Positions 25,507-39,465 are shown, counted from the stretch's first letter. The stretch is DNA of 64,000 bases from Octopus vulgaris (GCA_951406725.2 OX597819.1:60884001-60948000); one strand, 5' to 3'. Numbers and translations are program-made. Notes: generated by a model not told the origin, from the sequence alone.

Positions 25507-25676
25507 TACACAAAATATTTTAACAATTTTTTGATACAATTTTTAATATTTAATTATAAAAGAATATAATAGGATTTTCTTTAAAATATCGAATTACTGT
25601 GAGGGTTCACCGGAATAAATAAGAATCAAAGGAGTGCTTAGGCAAATGAAAAAAACAAAAAACAATCGAGAACATA

Positions 25677-26072
25677 TGCGTAAGAGTGGCTGTGTGGTAA
25701 GTACCTTGCTTACGAACCACGTGGTTCCGGCTTCAGTTCCACTGCGTGGCATCTTGGGCAAGTGTCTTCTACTATAGCCTCGGACCGACCAAAGCTTTGT
25801 GAGTGGATTTGGTAGACGGAAACTGAAAGAAGCCCGTCGTATATATGTATATTTATGTATGTGTGTGTGTGTGTGTGTATGTTTGTCTCCCCAACATCGC
25901 TTGACAACCGATGTTGGTGTGTTTACGTCCCCGTAACTTAGCGGTTCGGCAAAAGAGTCCGATAGAATAAGTACTAGGCTTACAAAGAATAAGTCCTGGG
26001 GTCGATTTGCTCCACTAAAGGCGGTGCTCCGGCATGGTCACAGTCAAATGACTGGAACAAGAAAAAGAATAA
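25677..26072 (+). mobile_element. SINE family A, full length
   Basis: Complete head, spacer and tail; inserted in the right TIR of the hAT MITE. Confidence 0.92.
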
Positions 26073-26172
26073 GCAAATAAACTACTGTTTTAATCTATTA
26101 TTCAGAAGGACTGCAGTGCCCACGCCCTTTACAGAGGCTCTGAGATGAGTGGGAGAAAGGTATCGTCTAACT

Positions 26173-26378
26173 CAGTGGTTCTCAAAGATCTAGAGGGGCG
26201 TTGAAGAAAAATGGGCGATAATGGGGTGATTAAAACGGGGCAATGTATGTAAGAAAAACATACAAATTAAAGGGTTAATTAGGTATTTGTGAAATACTGT
26301 TATTTTGAATTTGCTGCAGAAAATGGTTTATGTCTGTGATGGTGAGTGGGGGCGGGGTACTAGGTTTGGGAACCACTG
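26173..26378. mobile_element. hAT MITE
   Basis: CAGTGGTTCTCAAA / TTTGGGAACCACTG; TSD GTCTAACT / CTCTAACT. Confidence 0.8.
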
Positions 26379-26994
26379 CTCTAACTGGAGAACTCTCCTG
26401 AATGCTTGTAACTGAGCTGACTCCACTAAAAGTACACAAAGTGTCGGGTGATGGTGTCAAACCGGGTAGCGGGTTAAGTCTACAATCCAAGTAAGCCGTG
26501 GCGGAGTTTGAACTCAGAAAACTGAGACCCGGAACAAATACCACAAAGCATTTGATCCGATATTCTTTCTCACAGCTCTAATAATTCTTGGATTGTTAAT
26601 TCATTTTGTCAACCATGAAAGGAAAAGAGGCAAGTTGAGCTTGAATGGAATTGGAATCCAAACCTTTAAGGGTCGGAACAAAAACATGAAGCATGCTATC
26701 CGATGCTCTAACAACTCTGTCAATTCGCTGTGTTGCGAAGGCTTACTTAATCACTTAATCGGTTTAACACAGCTACATGACCCCTGGTGGTAGAGGTGGA
26801 CTTCAACCGAGTTAGCTTTCTTGTGATCATTCCTGTTTTGGAGGCCTCAAAAATGATATGGTCTTTGTTTTTCTTTCTTTGACCAAATTGTTCATTTTAC
26901 TACCCTAAAAAACTCCTGGTGAACATCAGTCTTCTCCCCAAGAAAGTATTTAAAACCATTCTTGCAATTTCATTAAAAGATCTCTATATGCTAT

Positions 26995-27385
26995 CTACTT
27001 TAGCACTTCGTTCCCTATGGATCATAGCCCACTGAAGACCTTTTTCCTACTGTTTTCGATTCTGGATTGTCTTTTATGCTTCTCTCCGGCTGGATCCTTG
27101 CTTTTTCCGCACTGCCTCATTATCTCGCCCTATATGCTTTCCAAAGGGAAGGCCTTCCACTCTCAGGTCTTGGTTTGAATTGTCATCAACGCTTTGTTTT
27201 TTACAGGTAGGGGCATTGGTTCTACGCAAACCCATTTTAACCTCTAGTAAGAGGTGGTCCACATTCGTCTGGCACTTGTCCAGCGCGGGAGACCCTACTC
27301 TGCCAGGAGCTTGCACTCTGCTAGCATAGCTCTCTGAGTCACTGAGGCGCACATGTGATCACACCGCAGTAAGAACATGAACTTG
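26995..27385 (-). mobile_element. Bipartite non-autonomous RTE-like element (5' UTR joined to 3' end)
   Basis: Minus strand GTGCGCCTCAGTGACTCAGAGAGCTATGCT...GTAGGGTCTCCC resembles RTE/Expander 5' UTRs; end GGGCTATGATCCATAGGGAACGAAG resembles RTE 3' ends. Confidence 0.55.
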
Positions 27386-28012
27386 CGAAATTGCATAGAG
27401 AGCTTCCACTTAATTTAACGGTGAGCCGTAGCAAGGGGCTATTTGAGTTTGGCGTCTTGATCACTTATACTACGCAGACCCCGTTCTTGTCTTGTGGGGG
27501 AACTTAAGCAGCGTGAACATTATGTCGAGGTATTTTTCATGCTATTGCATGCAGCTATCAAATCAACATAACCTTATGTGTAATATCTACATGCATGTAA
27601 ATGTAATCATATCACATATCAGTAATAACCCAGATAAAAATATCACTGGAGCTTAACATAGCACATGATATTCTGAAATTGACTAATATGAACACGCACA
27701 CATACACAACCATACACAAGCATACACAAAAACACATACACTCATACACACACAAGCACACGCACAAATACACACACGTATATGAGTTTATATGTATGTG
27801 TTTATATGTGCGTGTTCATATATGTACACTATATATGTGTGTAGATATATACATATATAGGTGTGCACTCAGACACACCAGTATATGTCTGTATACATAC
27901 ATGCATATTCACGCATGTATGCATGCGTATGTGTATATAGGTACATGTACACACATCTGTATGTGTGTTTATAGTAGTCTTCTGCTCAGTTCACACACAC
28001 ACACACATATAT

Positions 28013-28263
28013 ATAATAATAATAAAAGCGCTCTTTTAAAGCCTAACCAGGCTCATGGGCCCGGTTTCTATGGCGTATGTGTTTCCCAGCTGGACGGGAC
28101 GCCAGTCCATGCAGCATTACTCATTTTTGCCAGCTGAGTGGACTGGAGCAACGGGAAATGAAGTGTTTTGCTCAAGAACACAATGCGTCGCCCGGTTCAG
28201 GAATCGAAACCACAATCTTACGATCATGATGCTGACATCCTAACCACTAAGCCACGAGCCTCC
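28013..28263 (-). mobile_element. tRNA-derived SINE family D
   Basis: Minus strand GGAGGCTCGTGGCTTAGTGG...GGTTTCGATTCC, CORE-like TCTTGAGCAAAACACTT, V-domain-like TGGACTGGCGTCCCGTCCAG, (TTA)n tail. Confidence 0.8.
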
Positions 28264-29351
28264 ACCACACACACACACACACACAGACATACACACACAC
28301 ACATATATATATATATGAAATCACCCTACAAAGAATTAGTTTTAAATGTAATAAGTTTGTATGAAGCTTATCCTTCTGTTTGCTCCTAATTGTGCAACCT
28401 GGACTGGTGTATAGTGAGCCATGCACAAGACACAAAAGAACGTAGTCTACATATGTAAAGTTCCTCTTGTGGAAGTTTGTTTTATCATAGTTTCCGATTT
28501 AGGCAGTTTTAGTCGGAAACAATATTTGACTGGTAATTCATTTTATCGACTCTGGAAGAATGCAAAGAAATATTGGCCTTTGTGGGATTTGAACTTTGAA
28601 CATAAAGAGCCGCAAGAAATAACGCAAGGCTTTTTGGATCGACATTCGAAGACGTAAGCCCCACTGGCCTTTGTAATCCGTGTGATTATCTTTAAAAAGA
28701 ATAGTGATTATGTAGCCACCGAGTCGGCTTTCACCGAATCGACCCTGATCCAGGAATAAGATTTGAAGAGATTAGGTTGCTATTTCTAGTTGTTCACACT
28801 ACCACTTAATGGCTTCTTCGTTGGCTCGTTTGAAGATAATAGTTTTATACACAAGAGATATTAATATTTCTTTGTGTTCAATAAAGAAGAAAGAAAAGTT
28901 TACATTTGCTTTGGTCAAAAAACGTGACTCATATTCCCCACTTTCACATAAACCTAATTCATCCGACATTCTTCCATGCCACTCATTAAAGTTTGTGTCA
29001 ATCCACTTCATATCAAACGCAGCGCTTTCTTTTCCTTCTTCTTATTACATTCGTTAGAAATTGTCTTTGGCGCCATGTTATATTTGCAAAGCCTCGTTTG
29101 GACATCTTCCATTGCAATTTGTTAGAGTTTTGTAGTAGAGATTATATTTTATGTCTTACATATGATTTTAGCTCTCAGCATTAGAAAGGCATAAAAAAAA
29201 CAAAAGCAAAGCACACGTACACACACACACACACACACACACACATAAAATATAAAACTGGTTCACAGTGGTTTAGTAAATTAATATATATAAATTGTCT
29301 TTAATACGCATGCTTCCTTTACTTAGCACTTATCTCTCTCTCTGTCTGTCT

Positions 29352-29730
29352 CATGGCTGTGCGGTAAGAGGTTTGCTTCCCAACCATGTAGTTATGAGAC
29401 CAGTTCCACTGCGAGGTACCTTGGGTAAATGTCTTTTACTATAGTCTCAAGCGGCTCAAAGTAGACGGAAGCTGAAAGAAGCTCATCGCATATATAGATA
29501 TATATAGATATAGATAGATATATAGATATGACGCATAATCACAGAGGTGTGAGTTCGAGTCTCATAGCCAGGCGCCGACCCTTTTTTCTGCAAAATAGGG
29601 GTAGCTTATCCTGTTCAGGCTATATTATTAGCATTATCCTGCGTTTGAGAATTTATAATCATTTTAACTTTCTTAGACATCTCAACGCTTCTAAAGCAAA
29701 CTTCGTTTGTTTGTTTACGTTCATCGTAAT

Positions 29731-29782
<52 letters not shown>

Positions 29783-30585
29783 TAGCAAACGCACCCGTCC
29801 TTTGGACGGTGTCATCTATTATAATGCTGCACTCCTTTGGACGGTTTAAGTTGAATTAGCCCGCAGTTAGAAGTCGTTTCAGGTTGATAAGCGTAAAATG
29901 TATAATTACCAATTTCGCTAGCAGTTTATTATAGGGTATTAAGCAACCAAGGTAATGAATAAATTTTTGTGAACACAAATTTGGCAGTTAGCAATAAATG
30001 AAAGTCCATGAAATGAGATCGCAATTGCAGTAGGCATTAGGGATCCTATATCTTATCTGCAGTAAGTATTAAGGGTCCTATATCGTTGTTGTAGTAACTG
30101 TGAAGCCCTTGCAGCAGCAGTAGTTTCAACATTACGCTTCCTTCGGGCTGTTCGCTGTTGTGGAGAGTCTGTAGCCTTTGGAGCTGAAGTATTTTTGGCA
30201 AGACGCGCCAATCGGATAGCCCGTTGTTGAGGTGATTCAGTAGCCCCAGCGTCAGCAACAGTTGCAGTATGACGGGTTCGGCGGATCACAACCTCTTCTT
30301 CAGACTCAAAAAGACCTGTACACAGATTCAGGCACACCTTCCGTTTTATTATGTATATATAGATATATGCTTGTGTGTGTGTCCACTACTGCTACGTTAC
30401 AGAACGTATACACTCCGATGTTGGTGCGTTTACGTTCCGTAACTTAGCAGTTCGGCAAAATACCGATAGAATAAGTTCCAGGCTTAAAAAAAGAATAAGT
30501 GCCGGGGCCGATACATTAGACTAAAAATTCTTCAAGTTGGTGCTCCAGCATTGCTGCAGTCTAATGACTGAGAAAAGTAAAAGAT

Positions 30586-30586
<1 letters not shown>
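29352..30586 (+). mobile_element. SINE family A split by insertions (head 29352-29490, tail ~30415-30586)
   Basis: Head and tail in the same orientation and correct order on either side of a tRNA-like fragment and a Helitron. Confidence 0.7.
29782..30363 (-). mobile_element. Non-autonomous Helitron (582 bp)
   Basis: Minus strand A|TCTATATATACATAATAAAA ... hairpin CCGTCC-AAA-GGACGG just before CTAG|T; internal frame ESEEEVVIRR..TESPQQRAIRL..TDSPQQRTARR resembles STPR repeats of Rep/Hel N-termini. Confidence 0.85.
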
Positions 30587-30638
<52 letters not shown>

Positions 30639-31117
30639 TTCAGTCGTCAGTAATTGTGACTGAGACTGCTGGATAAGTACCTATATTGCTAGAAATAAGA
30701 GTTAAAACTCTTTAAACTGCAAGGAAGCACATTTTCATACACTGACAGGGGAAGTAATCGCCCCATAAGCGCCCTATACATCGTATAGTTGCGTAGTCAG
30801 TTGCATAGTCTGGGTGAATGGAGTAATTAACCCTCTCACCACCACTCCAGCACACTACGCAACCTGGCGACTAAAGACAGAAAAAAAAACAACAACAAAA
30901 GAAACTATGCGAGTTTGTATACGCACACAAAACACACATATGCACACCCAACACGTAGACACACATATAGAGATACAAACGTAAATACATGCGCAGATAG
31001 GGATACATACCACAGAAAAACAAAATAAAATAGACAGGTCAAAGCCGGAGAGAAAAGGAAACATGAGGGACAGGAAGTCATTGACGAAGCCGCAGAATGT
31101 GTGACGAAAAGAATAAT

Positions 31118-31657
<540 letters not shown>

Positions 31658-32150
31658 AATAATAATAATGATGATGATGATAATGGTGATAATGTGAAGA
31701 TCAAATAAATAGTGCGTGTGCTTAATTAGTAAAAGATGACCGTCCGCAAACATAGCACTATCTATTTCAACACACGATTTCACATCAAGAATCCTGCAAA
31801 ACACACACACACATATACAAGTAATACATACGTACATAGTTAAATATAGAATGATGGATCTCTCTCTCTCTCTCTCTCTCTCAACAAACACACACATGTA
31901 TATATGAATACATCTATATATGCCCGCCTCACCGTCTGTCGTTGTGTTCACTTATCTCAGTGTTTCGTCCAGAAGGTTGTAAAACTTATCCGGTAATCGT
32001 TTTGTCCGATGGCCAGTTTACTAATTTGGTCCCTTCTTTTATTTGTTCAAACTATTTATTGGTTGTTTACCACAAGCAAATACATTACAATACGTACATA
32101 CGCACACATACAAACGTACACACACAGGCGCGCACACACACATGTATATA

Positions 32151-32188
<38 letters not shown>

Positions 32189-32709
32189 TGTATATATATG
32201 TATATGTGTGTAGGTGTCTATGTATGGAATGAATACAATAATTATAGTTAAGAAGTAAAAACAACTTAAAAATAAACAACTAAAACCAGAAAGGAAATGA
32301 AAAGGAGAGGAAAGGAAAAAAAAAACAAGATATAAACTTCGTAAAATTCTACAAACAATATCTTTTGAGATTATTTATTCTGTATGTTGTTTTATATGAA
32401 AGGTTTATGTCGTTTTGTCTAAGATTTTTCCAATTACGATCGTTAAAATAACTGAAAGGGAAAACAGCTTCGGAATGTATTTGGTGCGATAAGATCTACT
32501 AAGTAGTGTCATTGTTGAAAAAGTAACGCTGAAGAGTTATTTTGACAGAAGGTTCGACAAAAACGTCGGTCATAAAAACAGTCTGTTAAAGGTCGACAAC
32601 AACAGAAACAACAACAAAATAACAACAAAAACGAAAAATTAAAAAAGAGATCAAACAAAATAAAACAAAGCAAAAACCTCTCGATAAATCCCGTCGATCG
32701 AATGTGAAC

Positions 32710-32955
32710 GTCATCATCATCATCATCATCGTTATTGTCGTCGTCGTTGTCGTCGACGTCATTGTCGTGGTCAACATCATCATCATCGTTGCTATCATTG
32801 CCGTCGTTGTCACCATCACGGTCGTTGTCAGCATCACCACCATTATCATCATCATAATCATCATCAGAAGCAGCAGCACCGACAATAATTGCTGTCCCAC
32901 TACTACCCATAGCACCACAGTAATACTGCAGCCTCACTCGCAGCAGTAGCAGCAG
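32710..32955. repeat. (CAT/CGT/CAG)n trinucleotide low-complexity tract
   Basis: Directly visible; source of the poly-D and poly-I/V ORFs. Confidence 0.85.
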
Positions 32956-33483
32956 TCACTACTCATGATTCATAAACATGGGTAAAGGTAGCCACGAAAT
33001 CTGAACATTTTGGCCTTTACACCTAGCTGCCTCTCTCCTGATAACCAAGTGCAGAAACCGGTGCATTATTGCATCTTATTCAGCATTATGAAATTAAGAT
33101 TTCTAAGGAAAGAATGATAGGACAAGTTTTACAAACCAGGTCGAGGGTCTGGAGACCAGAGGCGAGGCAACAAGCCGCGATGTAGTCAGTTAACCAATTA
33201 GAAATAGTAGTCATATGTCACTCAAATATAATTTTATCGTCTTAGAAGAAAAAGGTATCATTCAATGATATTCAATCCCAAATAAGCTCTGTTTCAATGA
33301 AGGACTAAATGGGCTGGGCTTCAACACTTTGGACTATCAGTTTAGCTTCCCTATCTCAGTTGATAGGGGACCTAAAAAGACAGCAACAGCATCCACCATT
33401 ATGAGAATCGCCAGTACCACGTTGCTAATTCCTCCCTCACCTAAATATACAAAACACCGGTTGTCAAACAGTGGTGAGGGCAA

Positions 33484-33523
<40 letters not shown>

Positions 33524-33739
33524 ACGTCTACCAAATCAACACGCAAGGCTTTTGGTTGGTCTGAGGTGTTAGTACAAGACATTTGTCCAAGCAGGACTGA
33601 ACTCGGAACCATGTGGCTGGAAGCAGACTTATCACACAGGCACGCCTGTGCCTATTTGAACATAGAACGTAAAGAGCCAGAATTTTTTCCGTCGCTCTAA
33701 CCATTCTACCGGCAAGCATTCCTTCAGCTGCGCAATAAT

Positions 33740-34350
33740 GATCCATTCTACTAAAGGTACAAATCCTGAAATTTGGGGGAGGGGGATAGTCGATTAGATT
33801 GACCCCACTACACAACTGGGACTTAATTTATCGACTCCGAAAGGATGAAAGACAAAGCTGACCTCGGCGGAATTTGAACTCAGAATGTAAACACAGACGA
33901 AATACCAATTTTTTACTACCCACAAGGGGCTAAACACAGAGGAGACAAACAAGGACAGACAGACGGATTAAGTCGATTACATCGACCCCAGTGCGTAACT
34001 GGTACTTATTTAATCAACCCCGAAAGGATGAAAAGCAAAGTCGACCTCGGCGGAATTTGAACTCAGAATGTAACGGCAGACGAAATACCACTAAGCATCT
34101 CGCCGGGCGTCTAACGTTTCTGCCAGCTCGCCGCCTTTGGTTTCAAATTTTGCTACAAGAGCAGCAATTCCAGGAGGGGGGATGAGTTGATAACATCGAC
34201 CCAGTGTTCAACTGGTACTTATTTCATCGACCCCGAAAGGACGAAAGACAAAGTCGACCTAGGTGGAATTTGAATTCAGAACATAGCGACGGATGAAATA
34301 CCGCTAAGCACTTCGTCTGTCGTGCTAACAATTCTGCCAGCTCACCACCT
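33740..34350 (-). mobile_element. SINE family B cluster (3 bodies)
   Basis: Repeated CGACCTCGGCGGAATTTGAACTCAGAA units, one long-tail junction at ~33905. Confidence 0.88.
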
Positions 34351-34854
34351 TCAGCTGCGAAATAAAAATAATAGCAATAACTACCGGTGGCCTGTCGCTA
34401 CTACTCACGCCAACGCTACTATCGTTCACCGTCGTCGTCCTCATCACCACCATCACCAATATCTGTAACTTAATCACACTTCATTCTCTCATTATAGTTA
34501 CATTATTACTTGTTCGATACATTAAATTATTTACAAATGCATCTCAAGTATTTTCAACGTAATACTAATTAAAAACAACAACAACAGCAACTACAGCAGC
34601 CCCAGTTATTGATAATACATCTCCCCTTGTTTACATAGCATTTTCATTTTTATTCATTCTGCTAAACTACAGCAAATAGTTATCCCATTTCGTGTCACAC
34701 GTCGAAAAACTATATTGACCTGAGGTCAGATTCGCTTTCAATCCTTGGATGAAGTTGTATTTTTCAATTATTAATTACTTTCGAGAAAAGTATGACCACC
34801 ACAAACGAAGGTTTCGGTTTCGGTTCCTTGAAATATTCGATATTTTAAGTTATA

Positions 34855-35065
34855 CTCTCTTTACTTGTTTCAGTCATTTGACTGCGGCCATGCTGGAGCA
34901 CCACCTTTAGTCGAGCAAATCGACCCCGGGACTTATCCTTTGTAAGCCCAGTACTTATTCTATCGGTCTCTTTTGCCGAACCGCTAAGTGACAGGGACGT
35001 AAACACACCAGCATCGGTTGTCAAGCAATGCTAGGGGGACTAAAACAGACACACAAACACACACA
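34855..35065 (-). mobile_element. SINE family A, 3' half
   Basis: Close match to the reverse complement of the 5468 copy tail. Confidence 0.88.
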
Positions 35066-35294
35066 TCACTATAAAAAATCATCTGTTGCGAAACCCTCAT
35101 ATATATATATATACATATATATATACATATATACATCTGTTGCGAAACCCTCATATATATATATACATATATATATACATATAATTGGTTAAAAAGAGAA
35201 CTTGGGAATAAGATTCTGAAGAGTGAATTTCTGAGAAAATGTCCGCATGAAAATATATGTAACACCATATTAAGAATATATATTGCGTTAGTGA

Positions 35295-35597
35295 AAGACG
35301 TGGCGCATTGGTTAGTGTATTCGGCTCACGATTCTAAGGTCATGAGTTCGATTCCCGGCAGTGTGTTGTATCCTTGGGCAATGCACTTTATTTAACATTG
35401 CTTCAGTCCAGCTGTATCTGTATTTCAAAGCGACCAGCCGTGTCACATTCTGTGTCAAGCTGAATCTTTCTGAGAACTACGTTACGGGTACACGTGTCTG
35501 TGGAGTGCTCATCCACTTGCATGTTAATTCCACGAGCAAGTTCTTCTGTTGATCAGTTCAACTGCAACCTTTATCGTCGTAACCGACGGAGAACCAG
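35295..35597 (+). mobile_element. tRNA-derived SINE (another family; related head at ~36440-36690)
   Basis: GTGGCGCATTGGTTAG (A box), GAGTTCGATTCCC (B box), CORE-like TCCTTGGGCAATGCACTTTA. Confidence 0.7.
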
Positions 35598-37691
35598 TTT
35601 TATATATTGTAGTAATTGTCTAACCTTATGATTAGAAATCACAACCGTCTTATTGTACATCAGGAATTATATCGACTCCCTTAGGTGATGTGTGATTTGA
35701 GGGAAATTTGACTAATATTTCTAGCACATTTAGTGACCACCCAGAGACTCGTCTGGAATGCATTAAGACAAAACTTATAATAGATGTTGCATCTTGGTGG
35801 GGGTGCGTCATTATGCCAATAGTAAACACACGCACTGATTCTTTGTCACTTCTTATTTTATTAGTAGCCAGCTAATATTTAACTAATAATCTCATGGCTC
35901 GTTTGATTAATCAGTCGATCAATCAGCTAGGTTTGTCAAAGTCCTTTTGTCGCCATTCGCAATCTCATCAATGACATGCCCTCTCTACACCAAGACCAGT
36001 GAAATAAAACCAGTGCGTGTGTTTATTATTGTTGCAATGACCTTCCCGCCTCCGAGAGATATAGCAAAATATGTTTCAACACACAAGTTCACATTAAGAA
36101 CCTTGTAAACCAAATTAAAAACCGAATTATAATAGGTGATATTGCCTCATTTCAAATAGAGAGAGAACTGTGTGTTTTGTTGTTATGACTTATATTTTGG
36201 GGCTTTTAGATTCAACATGGTTTTGCATGTGAATGTACTTAGTAACTAAAATATCAGTTTCTGACTCTGACCCAATGCTACAAAATTTCGAAGGGCTTTA
36301 ATCGATTAAATCTAGGTTAAGGGTAGAATCATTTGACACTACACATGAACAAATGAAATTTCATAGCAAATTTGATATCGCAGTTCTCAAATATTTTATA
36401 CGAATAATTAATCATGTCAGACAGTGTTAGGGAAGTTGTATTGTCACATGGATAGGGTGTTGCACTTACGACCTTGCAATCGTAGTTTCGATTCTCGTAC
36501 CGGGCGGTGTGTTGTATTTTGGAACAAAACACTTCATTTCACGTTGCTAAACTATCATTTCGACATCTGACGTCTGGCACACCCTGAACTTGTACAAGCA
36601 ATGTCGATTTGATAGAGAGGGTGAGCTAAAGTACAACACAAACGCGCAATCACTATAAAAAAAATCATCTGTTGCGAAACACTCATCTGTTGTTTACTTC
36701 AGAAGAGTTCTCAATATCAAATCGTGTAACCATTCGTTATCGCCATGAAAGAAAAATTGTGTCCTGCATCATTCCTGGCTCCGTAAAGAATATGTTTAAA
36801 TAGAAGACAGGAATATCTAATTATCTATCGTTATATAAAAGGTGTTGCTATTATTTATAGTTTATTGAGTGGTGAACTGGCAGAATCGTTCGCACGCCGG
36901 ACAGAATGCCTAGCGGTATCACATTCGCGTTCACGTTCTGAGTTCAAATCCTGACGAGGTCGACTTTTCCCTTCTTCTCTTTCGGGGTTGATAAAATAAG
37001 TACGAGTTTAACACTGGGGTTGATGTTATCGAATAACGCTTTCTTAAATTTCCTGGCCTTCTGCCAAAATTTGAAACCATTATTATATATCGTCTGTGTC
37101 TTCTATGACTATTTTCACATCAAAGTAATATTCATTCATAAATTTATATAAAAAAAAAAACATAACAAACAAATGTTTATGCATGATGTCCCGTTGAATT
37201 CTATGAAGAATTGATTATCTCCCTTATATTAACTTTCTGCTAGGGGGGCACCACTTGGTTGAATATAAACATACTCTCCGCATGAACAAACGTCATTTAT
37301 TACAATTTCAACTTTTTTTATATCTCTATTTCAATTATATCTGTCTCCAAACCGTTTATAAAGTGGTGCACAAATGCACAAGAGTGAATCCTTCTGGATT
37401 TCTCCAAAAATAAATCAGAAACATGTTTTTCCAAAGAGTATTTACGGAGTGAATTGAAAATGGCGCTAACAAGACACCAGAACCGTGTCACTGATGCGGG
37501 TTGCATGAGGTTTGTCTCTAAATGTAGAGGACTTGGTGAACCGGCAGCTTATCAACAAGCACTCTCATTATAGATTGAATACCTCCTCGTTCTTATAGTG
37601 CACAGCTGGCGGAGTTGATGAGTGGTGATTGCCAACCAAAGAATCGAGCGTTCGTATACTTTTATCCACGGAGTAATTATCACGAGACATT

Positions 37692-37930
37692 AAAGGCGGC
37701 GAGCTGGCAGAAAGGTTAGCACGCCGGGCGAAATGCGTAGCCGTATTTCGTCTGCCGTTACGTTCTGAGTTCAAATTCCGCCGAGGTTGACTTTGCCTTT
37801 CATCCTTTCGGGGTCGATAAATGAAGTACCAGTTACGCACTGGGGTCGATATAATCGACTTAATCCGTCTGTCTGTCCTTGTTTGTCCCCTCTGTGTTTA
37901 GCCCCTTGTGGGCAGTAAAGAAATAGGTAT
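37692..37930 (+). mobile_element. SINE family B, full-length long-tail copy with 18-bp TSD
   Basis: TAATTATCACGAGACATT (37674-37691) / TAATTATGACGAGTCATT (37930-37947). Confidence 0.92.
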
Positions 37931-38345
37931 AATTATGACGAGTCATTTTCATTTCATCGATACAGTACATCTGGTAAATGCAATTTCTCGAGTTATTCTC
38001 GAGTCAACTTCATTTATGGCTCTCAATTAATCCTCTGCGATCTTTCTCTTCTTTGAGGCTCTCGTTTCGATTACGAAATCTATGATGTTAATATTGAGCT
38101 GTATGCTCATTGGTTGAAATCTGGGACCAAATTCTTGGCCTACATTGCAATCAGTTTCCAGTGCTTTGCATTTCATTTTGATCTCGTAAAGTAAAATCCT
38201 TCGAATTTAATTTTTTTGTCCATTTTCCCTTTGACAATCTGAAAGAAAGTAAAAATATAAGAGAGAATTCAAAACTTTTGACATAATCGAGTATAACGCA
38301 ATCTGCGTTTCAAAATAGTATATTCCATGAAAATAGCTAAATAAT

Positions 38346-38690
38346 GGCGCAGGAGTGGCTGTGTGGTAGGTAGCTTGCTTACCAACCACATGGTTCCGGG
38401 TTCAGTCCCACTGTGTGGCACCTTGTACAAGCGTCTTCTACTGTAGCCTCGGGCAGACCAAAGCCTTGTGAGTGTGTGTTTGTGTCTGTGTTTGTCCCCC
38501 CAACATCGCTTGACAACCGATGCTGGTGTGTTTACGTCCTCGTAACTTAGCGGCTCGGCAAAAGAGACCGATAGAATAAGTACTAGACTTACAAAGAATA
38601 AGTCCTGGGTCAATTTGCTCGACTAAAGGTGGTGCTCCAGCATGGCCGCAGTCAAATGACTGAAACAAGTGACAGAGTAAAAGAGAGAGT
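38346..38690 (+). mobile_element. SINE family A with internal deletion
   Basis: Head joins directly to the TGTG spacer after GCCTTGTGAGTG; tail intact. Confidence 0.9.
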
Positions 38691-38771
38691 AAATGTTTAT
38701 TCCAAAATTTAAAAGTAACAAAAAAAAAATCACAATTAATTTCTGAACAAATCTTTCTTTTCTTCTGTCAT

Positions 38772-38985
38772 TTTCTTTTACTTGTAACAGTCATTGGACC
38801 GTGGTTATGCCGGATCAGCCCCTTCAGGGGTTTTGGTCGACCAGATCGACCCCAGTACTTATATTTTATATTTCAGGTACTTATTGTAGCCGTCTCTTTT
38901 GTGTAACCACTAAACCAAGGAGACGTAAACAATCCAACGGTTGTCAAGCGGGAAAGGGGACAACACAATCATAAAGATTCCCCCA
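38772..38985 (-). mobile_element. Old SINE family A tail (likely partner of the head at 52631-52780)
   Basis: TTTTACTTGTAACAGTCATTGGACCGTGG...ATCGACCCCAGTACTTA...GACGTAAACA...CGGTTGTCAAGCG. Confidence 0.75.
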
Positions 38986-38987
38986 CC

Positions 38988-39036
<49 letters not shown>

Positions 39037-39122
39037 TGTATGTATGTATGTATATATGTATGTATGTATGTATATATATATATATATATGTATGTATATA
39101 TATATGTATGTATGTATGTATG

Positions 39123-39155
<33 letters not shown>

Positions 39156-39348
39156 ATATATATGTATGTATGTATATATGTATGTATGTATATATATATG
39201 TATGTATGTATATATGTATGTATGTATATATATATGTATGTATGTATATATATATGTATGTATGTATATATATATGTATGTATGTATATATATATGTATG
39301 TATGTATATATATATGTATGTATGTATATATATATGTATGTATGTATA

Positions 39349-39384
<36 letters not shown>

Positions 39385-39434
39385 TGTATGTATGTATGTA
39401 TGTATGTATGTATGTATATATGTATGTATGTATG

Positions 39435-39465
<31 letters not shown>

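Larger units (their letters stand above)
25184..26087. mobile_element. hAT MITE (same family as 19334) containing two nested insertions
   Basis: Starts CAGTGCTTCTCAAC, ends ACTACTG; exact 8-bp TSD TTTTAATC at 25176-25183 and 26088-26095. Confidence 0.85.

Noticed and set aside
29528-29580. tRNA-Met-like 3' half (CATAATC...GTGAGTTCGAGTCTCA)
   Set aside because: The 5' half is absent; a fragment, not a tRNA gene.
30798-30822. miR-153-like start TTGCATAGTC
   Set aside because: Only the first 10 nt match and no precursor hairpin is evident.
32509-32949. Asp-rich and Ile/Val-rich ORFs
   Set aside because: Derived from a trinucleotide low-complexity tract with no domain or splice support.
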